Source: Octopus sinensis (Eukaryota). From it: a DNA stretch of 64,000 nt. Below, piece after piece: positions 1 through 11,265 of the stretch (position 1 is the stretch's first letter; every line of letters starts with the position of its first letter). The stretch is taken from assembly GCF_006345805.1 (NCBI RefSeq), contig NC_043021.1, forward strand, positions 1,984,001-2,048,000, read 5' to 3'. A program made the position numbers and the translations under genes. A model generated the notes under the pieces. The model saw only the letters and a program-made list of their open reading frames with translations, had not been told where the DNA came from and made no database searches.

Positions 1-147
1 TGATGAATGAAGAAATGTCCAGCAGCAAAAAAAATATAGGGATGCCTGATCTAAGGGAGTTTAGTTTTTTTTAACCCCACGATGTGCGAGTGTTTGTCCT
101 GAGCTGTCCATATATTGGCATGAAATGTAGGAGTTATATGTGTGTGC

Positions 148-178
<31 letters not shown>

Positions 179-918
179 CTTTTAAAAAAAAACATTAGAT
201 CTCGAGACCCATGAAGCTATAAATAATAGCATGTAAATATTGCGTTGAATAACCCTTTCTGGATAGAAAAGGTCGATGGCTGCCCGTGGGACACGAACCC
301 ACGTCTCCTTTAAACATATTTTATAATATATATATATAGGTTCCGTGTATTTGGCGATGTTTAACCTTTAAAGAATTTCCAACTGACTTTGTTGTTTTGG
401 CTAAGAGCGATCAATGTTTACTTCAGAGTCAGGAGGTTTCCCGAGTACCGGTCAATCCTTTTGATCGGCCCAAGCCCTTTGTGAGTAAAAACTGTGGGTT
501 AAACAGACCCAGTGTGAAAGCCTGCTGGATAATAATAGATTGTTCCAGTAATTTAAACCACCCCGACGCCTTTTATTTGTCTCTTTGAGGATTATATAAA
601 TAGATAATATATGAATGTATAGAATATTTTTAATGGAACACAGTTAATCGGGTTAAAATAGTGAATGAAATAGATTCCACAGATCAATTGCAACCGCCAC
701 ACAAAAGAAAAACATTTTTCCCTTTGTAAAAATTATTACAAAACCAATGTTTTTGAATAAACTTAAATACATGAGGGTGAGGCAATTAATGCTCATTTTT
801 TTACTTCTTCTTGTAACTCTTTCCCTCTCTCTCTCGTTACACACCCGCCTCGCATTTGTCTCTCTTTGTCCTTCTGCCTTTGAAGCTGGATATCCTTGTT
901 GCTTATTTTGATTTTTAT

Positions 919-981
<63 letters not shown>

Positions 982-1935
982 AGTTGAAAAGGAACACACG
1001 AGTTGATATATATATGGAAAAATAAAAGTCAAGGTAGAAAATGCTATATACACATACATATGTAGGTATTTTAAAGAGGTCATAGGCTAAGAGGACTTAG
1101 GGTCTGACGATACGCCATAAGGTTAAACCCTTTCTGGACAGGTAACCCAGGGTAACCCCATAAACCGGCCTTCACCAGGGAAAATATGTACATATGCATA
1201 TATATATATATATCTATATATATATATATATATATATACGTACATATGTATTTTATAAAATTATTTTAGCATTTTCTACCTTGACTTTTTTGTGTGCATG
1301 TGTATATATATATATGTTGTTTTTATGTCGAGTTATAAAAACAATTTTATATTAAAATGAAAGATTACTCAATCCCATATTATTCTTTTACAAGTATCGT
1401 GCTGACAGTGACTTCGAAGTATCTACGTGTTTTTACAGTTCTAATGTTTTTTGGCACTCATCTTTCGCCTATTCAGGAGCTAACGAAAGGGGTGCTTCTT
1501 TGTTAAAATATTAAAACTAAAAATAAAAAAAGGCTAAGCCATTCTTAGTCACCTTTGTGTATCTCGTCTCCTTCATTTTTGGTTCTCGGAAGATTGCCTA
1601 TAGGTATAACACTAAGTGCTTGTATGCAGGTATAAACAAAATTAAGCCAGAGTCACTATATATATATATATATATGGAAAATTTACCTATGAAGGAGAGA
1701 GACGGTTTGATAGTTATAAAATACATGTTCAAATAGATGTAATAAGATGAAGATGATAGATCGATAACTCATCATTAACAGTTTAGTACAAACACACACA
1801 TATAGGAATGCATATGTATATATACACATGCATGCATATATATATATAGATATATATACATGTGTGTATATATATATACGTGCATGTATGCACGCATATC
1901 TATATATACACATGCATATATATATACACGTATGC

Positions 1936-1982
<47 letters not shown>

Positions 1983-2320
1983 CACACACTTACGTACATA
2001 AATCTATTTAAATTTAACCATGTGTACGCCCATTTTTAAAGTTCTCTTTATCTCACCTTCAATACCTCTCTCTCTCGCTTTGTATATATAAATAATATAT
2101 ATATATATACATATACAAGCGAAAGTGTGTGTATATATACTTTTGAATATATATACACACACACAGAATGAGATGTATATTTTATTTGTGTGTGTCTCTA
2201 GATTGCATGTGCATACACGCAATGTGTGTGTGTTTTGTTTTGGTGAGTATAAATCAGGACTGTGAAAGAAGAACTCTGGTTTTGGTTTACAAAGAACTGA
2301 GCACAACAAATGAAACTCAC

Positions 2321-2417
2321 CTGACAGTTTGGCAAAATCTGTTAAGGAATTCGGAACTGGTAAACTCTTGAGGTAATTTGGAAGACTGACTGTCACCAGA
2401 TTCGAAACGATGTTCAT
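2321..2417 (-). CDS. CISD2: CDGSH iron-sulfur domain protein (CISD2/Miner1-type), coding exon 1; downstream exons lie left of the window
   Basis: ATG at 2417 reads MNIVSNLVTVSLPNYLKSLPVPNSLTDFAKLS plus 1 nt, followed by donor G|GTGAGT. This matches the CISD2 N-terminus (LPxYLKxLPVPxSxxxFAxL) and its phase-1 first intron. No CRCW-type CDGSH exon was found in 1-2320. Confidence 0.9.
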
Positions 2418-2544
2418 GATGTTTCGATTCGGTTGTGATCTAACGATTTGCAATGCTGACGATTTATGGTAAACGAAGCAATGAAGGGGTCGACCTTGAC
2501 ATTAGTGGCTTCTGGTAGATTTTGAAAATAAGCCGCTGCTTCTT

Positions 2545-2600
2545 GCCTGGAACTTCCGTTACAATACGGACTGAATTTGGCGAAATGCCAACGTTTTCAC
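2545..2600 (-). promoter_or_regulatory. Putative CISD2 proximal promoter with an ETS-type CGGAAGT motif
   Basis: ACTTCCG at 2552-2558 (CGGAAGT on minus), about 135 nt upstream of the ATG in CpG-retaining sequence. No transcription start site can be seen directly. Confidence 0.4.
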
Positions 2601-4056
2601 GAAAAAAACAAAGAATTTCATTTTTTTTCATTCTAGACATTTTTTCTAAAATGTCACAAAAGATCCAAGCTCCGTAATATACTATATTATATTATATTAT
2701 TTTATATTTTATATATATATATATATATTATACGCACACACGCACACACATCTATACACATGCAGAAATGAATGAACTAAATAAATTTAAAATATTAAAA
2801 TGCAACAAAAGGGATCCAAAAGGACTTTTTTTAATCACGAAAGAATTTCTGTATATTGAAATTAAACATTAACTAATATATCAGTGTGTTTGTACGTATG
2901 TGTGTGTGTGTGCGTGCATGGGTGTGTGTATGTACGTGTGTGTTCGCGCGGGCGCATGCACACACATACACACATATATACTTCAGATATGTTGAGGGGC
3001 TGTTATTTTAAATCGTATTTAATGTTACCATTATTCCCATTACATTGTATATCGATAATTTAATCCTTCGATGATGATCGAAGATTCTCTTATTACCGAT
3101 CTAATCCACGATTCTTCCTCTTTTCCCAATTCAACCCATTGCTGCAATTATTTATAATTTATTAAAATGAGTATTTTAGTTAGGCCTCACAACAAATACC
3201 GATATTATTTTCGCTTAATACTTTCCTTTATCTCTTTATTTCGTGATATGTGATCACATTATCCAGTCCTCATAGAACAAAGCCCCAAGCAAAAGCTTTC
3301 CAACCGTGAGCATCCAGTCAGCTTTACCTTATATATTTATTTTTATTTTCAAAACAATATACCTCGCACTACATTACCCAATGTGTCCCTCCTTTAGTTT
3401 TAGATTTAAACGGATTCGAGTAGAGATTTGATTATTTCTTGCCGGTTTTGCAACCGTATAGAGGTTTCTCTACCCACTTCGTTCGTCCACTGCGAAGGAA
3501 GGTGTCAGCCATGGATGGCATTTATCGGATGTGGAGGGGACGTCACTATTATAAAAATATGCCTATGTTGGATAATAGTATGTGGGTTACAGTAATCAAA
3601 GTGAGCTCGCCTTCCGCATTTAATGTGGTTTGTGATACATGATAGTTTTATGGGCGAAACATCGCCGTGTTTTAGGTATACATTTACACAACACTGTGAC
3701 ATCCCGCTTCTGGCTGACAATTACATTAAGGCTACACGTGTCTGTAGGAAGCCACTTAACAGATTAATTCAGGGGCAGGTTATTCAGTTGATCAAACAAG
3801 AATCCTCGTTGTCGATCGACGGAGATCCGCCGGTGGTGATAGTGGGACCCGACTTGGCTATTCACGCCAGGAAGCCAGCTCATCGTCTTGTTTTCTTTTT
3901 CCTTTCTTTTTCAAATATGTAGTCCAGGAAAGGAAGAACAAAGGAGATTATCGAAAATCCTAAATCGCCAAGGGAATGAGCCACTAAGCTTGCAAGTATT
4001 TGGCCCCTAAACTGTAAGGTGAAAAATTAGCTGAATATTTAAACTACTCGGCAGTA

Positions 4057-4437
4057 TCTTTATATATAAAAGTGAAGTTGTGTGTCTGTCTCCTACGATT
4101 TAGATTCCTAACTACTCCCACATTTTGCGGTGCAGTTTAACCAAAACCGGGTATCTTATAGTCGTGATTCATAACGAGCCCTTCTGGGTATTAGCGCGCG
4201 TCTACGATAAAAAAAAAATTTACCATCATTTGTTTCCATTTTAATGCATTTTTCGCTATATAAGGGAAGTAACTCTCTAAAAATGTCTACGATGAGTCAA
4301 CGGTTTTTAAAAAAATTTACCATCATTTTTTTCCATTTTTAATGCATTTTTTTGCTAATTTTTGGCTATAACTCTCTAAAAATGCTTATATAGTTATTTC
4401 CCTTACAAACCCGAGCAACGCCAGGCGATACTGCTAG
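4057..4437 (+). mobile_element. Non-autonomous Helitron
   Basis: Inserted at A|T, with 5' TC (TCTTTATATATAAAAG), a subterminal imperfect hairpin CCCGAGCAACGCCAGG and 3' CTAG at 4434-4437. It has an internal tandem duplication of about 85-95 bp and no target-site duplication (TSD). Confidence 0.75.
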
Positions 4438-5153
4438 TTCATTATAAAAAATAATAACCCGTGTTCTCTTTGTTAATCCTGACGATACGCGACACAAAAC
4501 TACACACACACGCACAGCCTTGTGAGTGGATTTGGTAGACGGAAACCGAAAGAAGCCCTTCGTGTATGTGCTTGTCTAGACATCGCATGATACTTGTAAA
4601 ATGATTTTCACTGTCAAGCAAGCAATGTAATTCGTTTCCAATATTCTAGGAGAACAGGTCTGGGCATGTTGCTGTGCAACGAAATAGAAGGTTGGCGACA
4701 GGGAGAACATCCAGCTGGGGGAGAATCTGCCTCAATAAACTTCTTTTGACCCAGGCAAGCCTGGAAAAGTGGACATTAAAATGATGATGATATAACGGAT
4801 ATCCATGACAACGTTTATTATAGAAGTGGTGAGTTGGCAACGTCTATCAAGGCTGATGTAATAATGCCATGCATCCTTCTACTTTTTTTAGGATAAGATT
4901 AAATTTCAGGGGTATTTGGCTGCTATTTCTACTAAAAGAAGCTGAAACTAGAATGTTTGTGGCAGTGAGGGGTTTAGTGTGGTAGCATAGCAATCAGGGT
5001 ACACATAAGGGATTTAGTGTTCTGGTGAGGACTTGTTGCTTGCAGTGTAATGGGATCATCAGGAGATGTTGGGTAGGGCAACAGTATGGACATGTTGGGA
5101 AGGTACGATAGAAGACTTTAGGTGGAATTTAGTTAAGCTTTTATAACTTTACA

Positions 5154-5390
5154 TCATCATCATCATTTAACGCCTGCTTTCCATGCTAGCATGGGTTGGA
5201 CGATTTGACTGAGGACTGGCGAACCAGATGGCTGCACCAGGTTCCAATCTGATCCGGCAGAGTTTCTACAGCTGGATGCCCTTCCTAACGCCAACCATTC
5301 CGAGAGTGTAGTGGGTGCTTTTACATGCCACCAGCACAAGGGCCAGTCAGGCGGTACTGGCAATGGCCACACTCAAATAGTGCTTTTTAC
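5154..5390 (-). mobile_element. SINE / RTE-LINE 3'-end family with (GAT)n tail
   Basis: Core CTGGATGCCCTTCCTAACGCCAACC and a (CAT)n tail. Related copies lie at about 5440-5670, 13725-14170, 14265-14500, 17311-17570, 32195-32300, 33090-33240, 34590-34835, 55730-55985, 57693-57960, 62493-62810 and 62960-63180. Confidence 0.8.
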
Positions 5391-5748
5391 ATAGAAACAA
5401 AATTGATATATGAAGAAGAACAGATATAGATAGACATGTATCATCATCATCATTTAACATCTGTTGTCCATGCTGGTATGTGTGGGTGCACGTATATTTG
5501 TATGTGTGTGTGTTTGTGTATCATCTTTAACATCCGTTTTTGATGCTAGCATAGGTCGGATGGTTTGACAGAATGTCACCAAAGGTCTTGGTCACCTGTC
5601 ACTGCCACCATAAGGCCTAATGCTGGAATGGTGCTTTTTATGTGCCACCAGCACAGGTGCCAGTCAGACATATAAATATATATATATAATTACACGGTAA
5701 GGCTCCAACAAGTGGAATAGCATCTGATCAGCAAAGAGAATAAAGATG

Positions 5749-6010
5749 TTATAATAAAAACCGCAAGTCTTGTTAATTTCAGCTACCTAGGGTTTCATGG
5801 ATGAAATATTTATTTTGCCATTTTTCAAGCTGAGAACAAGAGGGATTAGCAGTTGCATTAAAGTGATGACCATTCTTTGGTTTAGACGTCATCTTCTCTA
5901 ATGTGACTGTCAAAGTGTCTTGAGTTCAGCTTCAAAAATAGCAAAATAAATGTTTCAGCCATGAACCTCTGAGTAGCTGTAATTAACAAGACTTGTAGTT
6001 TTTATTATAA
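5749..6010. mobile_element. MITE-like inverted-repeat element
   Basis: Imperfect terminal inverted repeats of about 85 bp (TTATAATAAAAACCGCAAGTCTTGTTAAT... / ...ATTAACAAGACTTGTAGTTTTTATTATAA) around a spacer of about 90 bp; TA-rich ends. Confidence 0.65.
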
Positions 6011-6044
6011 ATTATATACATGTGTGTGTGTGTGTGTGTGTGGC

Positions 6045-6880
6045 CTCCTGGTAATGATAGACTATTAAATATGATGAGCCTTGATAAAGAGTGCATCAAG
6101 AATACATCAAGCTGTCTTATTTAAGTAAGCTAAGTAATAGTAAGAATAGTGATACAAATAAAATTGGTAAAAAAAGGGAGCCTTGGGGATAAAAATATTA
6201 ATATTAATAAGCATAGATGTAACTCTGATGATGCTAAAAGTAGGGTTCGCATAAAAGCAGAAGGGATAATTGTGATATAAGCTCTAATGATAATTTCCCT
6301 GAACTAGTTTTTAATTCTTTAGGTGAAGGTAATTCCAACTGTGAAATTGAGAGTACCTTTAAGATAACACCTAGTAATAAAATTGATTGCATACTGCTAA
6401 TAATCCTGATTTAACACCTAATTCTGAGAGTAGAATTAGTACTAATTCCTTTACCAAGAATGCTACATAAGAGTGAGTAAATGTCTTCGTAATTTCAAAA
6501 AGCAAAATTATAAATCAGTGTTCAAAGAAGAATATAGTATCTTAATGTAAGGTAATTGCAGAAGGTCATACAGAGGTTCTTCTGCCAGAATTCAGAAAAC
6601 TAGATTACATAACCATTCTTCTTCATTTAAGTTTAGAAGAAAATGTAATTCTACAAATCTTAGTAAATGCCTTTGGGATTTGAAAGACAGCAACATACAA
6701 TATAAAGTGGTCCAGTATTAAATACTCTCCATCGTACAATAAGGGGAATTTTGAATGTGATCTTTGCCAGAAGAAATGTATTATATAATTACTTCAAAAT
6801 TGATACCATTAAATTGTAGAACTAGCTTTGTGATGAAATTTTCCTATAAATATAGAAAGGCATTTAAATATTCCAACAGT
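6045..6880 (+). pseudogene. Decayed Penelope-like element: GIY-YIG endonuclease remnant preceded by a frameshifted Asn/Ser-rich ORF
   Basis: Manual translation across stops and frameshifts gives CSKKNIVS*CKV..HTE / KTRLHNHSSSF..STNLSKCLWDLKD / SYNKGNFECDLC / LNCR. This is the motif order of Penelope-type GIY-YIG domains (about 6508-6870). Confidence 0.75.
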
Positions 6881-6944
6881 AAATAATGCCTTAATTATAA
6901 TTGCTTTTCATATAATCTAATAAGCAAAATTTTCTAAAAAAATT

Positions 6945-7330
6945 GGCTGTGTGGTAAGTAGCTTGCTTATGAACCACATGGTTCCAGGTTCAGTCCCACT
7001 GCGTGGTACCATGAGCAAGTATCTTCTATTATAGTCTCAGGCCAACCAAAGCCTATTGAGTGGATTTGCTAGATGGAAACTGAAAGAAGTCCGCTGTATA
7101 TATGTATGTGTGCATATATGTTTGTGTGTCTGTGTTTGTCCCCCCAACATCGCTTAACAACCGATGCTGATGTGTATACGTCCCCGTAACTTAACGGTTC
7201 GGCAAAAGAGACCGACAGAATAAGTACTAGGCTTACAAAGAATAAGTCCTGGGGTCGATTTGCTCGACTAAAGGTGGTGCTCTGGCATGGCCGCAGTCAA
7301 ATGACTGAAACAAGTAAAAGAGTAAAAGAG
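6945..7330 (+). mobile_element. tRNA-headed CORE-like SINE (composite copy)
   Basis: A-box-like TGTGTGGTAAG and B-box-like GGTTCAGTCCC, followed by a region resembling the CORE domain (consensus CACCTTGGGCAAGTGTCTT in sister copies). Many copies occur in the window. Confidence 0.8.
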
Positions 7331-7582
7331 AGTATATATATAAATAGCTATATAACTAAATGTAGAATTTCTCTGTTTACTTTTTATTCTTTCATTATCT
7401 CCAAATTGGCTTTTCTTAACCTATTATACTTCTTAACTTCCTTTTTGTATGCATTCACGTTTTAGAGATATTATTTCAGTTCATTTTAACTTAAACCTTC
7501 ATGGCATTGTGTTACCACAAATTTCCCCAATATATTGGTTTCATCGGTATTTTGTATTTTTTTCTCTATATCTAAATATTTT

Positions 7583-8069
7583 CTTTTACTCTTTTACTCA
7601 TTTCAGTCATTTGACTGTGGCCATGCTAGAGCACCACCTTTAGTCGAGCAAATCAACCCCAAGACTTATTCTTTGTAAGCCTAGTACTTATTCTATCGGT
7701 CTCTTTTGCCGAACCGCTAAGTTACGGGGACGTAAACACACCAGCATTGGTTGTCAAGCAATGTTGGGGGGACAAGCACAAACACACAAACATATACACA
7801 CACATGCATATATATATATATATATATATATGATGATGATATATATTTATATATATATATATGATGATGATATATATATATATATATATATATACATACA
7901 TATATATGACGGACTTCTTTCAGTCTCCATCTAACAAATCCACTCACAAGGCTTCGGTTGGCCTGAGGCTATAGTAGAAGACACTTGTCCAAGGTGCCAC
8001 GCAGTGGGACTGAACCCGGAACCATGTGGTTCATAAGCAAGCTACTTACCACACAGCCACTCCTATGCC
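7583..8069 (-). mobile_element. tRNA-headed CORE-like SINE, inverted relative to 6945-7330
   Basis: Reverse-complement match to 6945-7330 along most of its length, with an expanded (TA)n/(TGA)n middle. Confidence 0.8.
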
Positions 8070-8181
8070 TGTTAGCACAGTAGAAATGATAGTCAGTAAT
8101 GTATGATGCAAACATCAAATAAGGATGTGATTTTCTCAATTCATGTTCATGCTGTATATATGTATATACATACATATATAT

Positions 8182-8615
8182 CTATTTCTTTCAGGGGGCT
8201 AAACATAGAGGGGACAAACAAGGACAGACAAACGGATTAAGTCACTTAGAAGTGGGGCAGTCGATTAGATTGACCCCAGTATGCAGCTGGTGCTTAATTT
8301 ATCGACCCCGAAAGTATGAAAGGCAAAGTTGACTTCAGTGGAATTTGAACTCAGAATGTAAAGGCAGATGAAATACCGCTAAGCATTTCACCTGACATGC
8401 TAATGTTTCATATTTCTTTATAGCTCACAAGGAGCTAAACAGAGGGGACAAACAAGGACAAAGTTGATTATATCGACCCTGGTGCATAACTGGTACTTAA
8501 TTTATCGACCCCGAAAGTCGACCTCGGCAGAATTTGAACTCAAAACATAACAGCAGACGTAATACAGCTAAGCATTTCACCCAGATTGCTAATGTTTCGG
8601 CCAGCTCGACGCCTT
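8182..8615 (-). mobile_element. Two tandem copies of a tRNA-headed SINE with a Deu/Nin-like central domain
   Basis: Reverse complements of the 9353-9581 family, which carries GCCTTTCATCCTTTCGGGGTCGAT..AAGTACCAG. Confidence 0.7.
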
Positions 8616-8649
8616 AGCTGTAGTCTATATTGCAAAACAACTTGATTTG

Positions 8650-8775
8650 GGATAGGATTAGTGTTAGGGTTTAAGGTTAGGGTTAGAGGTATGGGTTAGT
8701 GTTACGGTCAAGGTCTTGAGTTAGGGTTAGACTTACAATTTAGGGTTATGGTTATTGTTAGGGTCAGGATTAGGC
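8650..8775 (+). repeat. Degenerate interstitial (TTAGGG)n-like repeat
   Basis: Repeated variants GTTAGGG, TTAGGGTT and GGTTAG; a second short patch lies at about 9122-9145. Confidence 0.6.
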
Positions 8776-9352
8776 GCTATGTTAAAGTGCAAATGGCCAG
8801 TTAGACTGCACACTAAAGTGACATGTCCTACATTATATTCCGTGTCCTTTCCTTTCTCAAGATGGCAAGATGTGATTTGAAGGCGAATTCAACAACATTT
8901 CTAAGCAATCAAGTAACCAAGACTGATCGCTGCTTGTTGGTTCGTCCATTGTTCTGCTTTCTGTAGGAAGTGTGTTGGGGCACACAGTTTCAATGGTGCA
9001 GAAAAAGAGACGATAAACACCTGTTGTAGTCTGAGGAATTTGTAGAAAAATATAAGATCATAATAGCCACGATTTCTGGGCACCATATTTAGGCGAAGGT
9101 AAAGAATATGCACACCTGGTGTTTAGGGATAGGGTTAGGGGCTAGAGTTACACAGAAAACAGGTGGTATGCATATTCTTAACTTCCGCCTCATATTTTGT
9201 GGTGATTCCGTTTCTGTTGGAAGCATTTGGCCATAACACTCAAAAGTAGGTACAGTTAACAGGCAGCAGCAGATTGCATAATTTTGAAACATCAAAGGTT
9301 ACTAAAATCACCAAAGTTAGGTGTTATTATTGTTTAAAGGTATTCCTGCCAT

Positions 9353-9581
9353 AAAGGCGGTGAGCTGGCAGAAATGTTAGCACGCCGGGCGAAATGCTTA
9401 GCAGTATTTCGTTTGCCGCTACGTTTTCAGTTCAAATTCCACTGAGGTCGACTTTGCCTTTCATCCTTTCGGGGTCGATTAAATAAGTACCAGTTACGCA
9501 CTGGGGTCGATATAACCGACTTAATCCATTTGTCCTTGTTTGTCCTCTCTGTGTTTAGCCCCTTGTGGGTAGTAAAGAAAT
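9353..9581 (+). mobile_element. Full-length tRNA-headed SINE (Deu/Nin-like domain) with a 15-bp TSD
   Basis: AGGTATTCCTGCCAT flanks both ends (9338-9352 and 9582-9596); B-box-like GTTCAAATTCC. Other copies lie at about 16352-16450, 48090-48320, 60165-60370 and 61205-61600. Confidence 0.85.
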
Positions 9582-9703
9582 AGGTATTCCTGCCATCTTA
9601 ATTTTAGGCCTAACATATCTCGGACTATACATCTACAATGTTCTTTATTTTTTGGGAAGTTTCGTAGGGTGCATTTTGGGAGAGATTTGGCTGCTATTTA
9701 GGC

Positions 9704-10256
9704 GTAGGAGTGGAAGTGTGGTAAGTAGCTTGCTTACCAACCACATTGTTCCGGGTTCAGTCCCACTACGTGGCATCTTGGACAATGCTCTTCTATCAAA
9801 CCATTGTGAGTGGATTTGATAAACGGAAACTGAAAGAAGCCCGTCGTATATATGTATATATATATATATATATGTGTATATATATGTATATATATATATA
9901 TATGTGTGTATATATATATATATATGTATATATATATGTATATATATATATGTGTATATATATGTATATATATATATGTGTGTATATATATGTATATATA
10001 TATATGTGTGTATATATATATATATGTATGTATGTGTGTGTATACATGTTTGTGTATCTGTGTTTGTCCCCCCAGCATCGCTTGACAACCGATGCTGGTG
10101 TGTTTACGTCACCGTAACTTAGCGGTTCGGCAAAATTGACCGATAAAATAAGTACTAGGCTTACAAATGATAAAACCTGGGGTCGATTGGCTCGATTAAA
10201 GGCGGTGCTCCAGCATGGCCGCAGTCAAATGACTGAAACAAGAGTAAAAAGAGAGA
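9704..10256 (+). mobile_element. tRNA-headed CORE-like SINE with an expanded internal (TA/TG)n microsatellite
   Basis: Same head and tail as 6945-7330. The internal repeat at about 9848-10045 generates the YIYI-type ORFs in the track. Confidence 0.85.
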
Positions 10257-11234
10257 GTAGAGTATTTATAGCCGGATGGAATGATCACTTAGGCTTTCCC
10301 TTCAAACTAGATGGCATGTTAGGTCTACCATACTTCTTACCGTTTCGTGGGCCGAGGTGGTGGTCGAGGTTGTGATCCTAATGTAGATGGTGGTGATGGT
10401 TAACGGATTCGTTGATAGATGAAGACAAGGGTTCCATTTCTTCCTTCTACATACACGTCAACTCAACGACCCACTCTCTACCTCTAAATTTAAATTCTTC
10501 TGCAAAGAATTTAGTGATGTAGAGATGGTATGCGCGAGAGTAAACAATTAGAGAGAGAGAGAGGGGGAAATGAAAAATTAGAAACCACGTAAGCATAAGT
10601 GAGATAAAGCCAGAGTGATAGAGAGAAACAGACTGCAAGTGGAAAGCGAAAGATATGCAGATAAAAATATGGCTTTATAGAGAGATAGGAAGTGACAGGG
10701 GTACCGTGAATGAAAGGGTGTGTGAGACGAAGGAATAAATATAAAAAGGAGATACAGAAAATAAAAGTTCCGAGACTGAACGCCCCCAGATCCTCGTTTC
10801 GCACCGGCTCATCGTGTACGCCCCGAAAGAAATTAATATCAAAATGCTTAAAGTATCTTGGAGTAAACGTGCGGCCTAAACGAGGGTTCAGTTTTGTTAT
10901 CAAGACACATGTACATTACATACTTTCTCATTCATTTCAAACTGGTTTTTGTTCCTCATGAATAAGTCAGGTCTGCAGTGAAAGAAAGAATCCGTATATG
11001 AAAGGGGAGGGTGATGACCGAAACGCATGAGAAAGACAAGCAGCAAACACTGAGTAACGGTTCAACAAACTAGAACCTTCTCTGGTGACCCGCTTTACAC
11101 CCGGGTGGTTTTTTTCAAACACGAGCGTACATGTATCATTCACAAACTTATATATAACTATAAACATTCTTTTTTCCTTTACATACGCGATGAAAATTCT
11201 CAATATAAGCACAATATTCATTCCTTACACACAC

Positions 11235-11265
<31 letters not shown>

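Noticed and set aside
2004-2453. 149-aa ORF taken as the full CISD2 protein
   Set aside because: It starts at a non-ATG codon and runs past the GTGAGT donor into intron; only 2321-2417 is coding.
3060-3150. Possible minus-strand exon (QWVELGKEEESWIRS) downstream of the 10341 donor
   Set aside because: Weak pyrimidine tract, an immediate stop in the phase implied by that donor, and no homology.
8650-8775. True telomere or chromosome-fusion scar
   Set aside because: Short, highly degenerate and in one orientation only; more likely part of a repeat.
9565-9819. Hydrophobic ORF resembling a membrane protein (considered SLC9B, the human neighbour of CISD2)
   Set aside because: It begins and ends inside SINEs and has no SLC9B motifs or convincing splice sites.
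11010-11030. GTGATGACCGAAAC hammerhead-like string
   Set aside because: The first core base is not C, there is no stem II, and no flanking stems were found.
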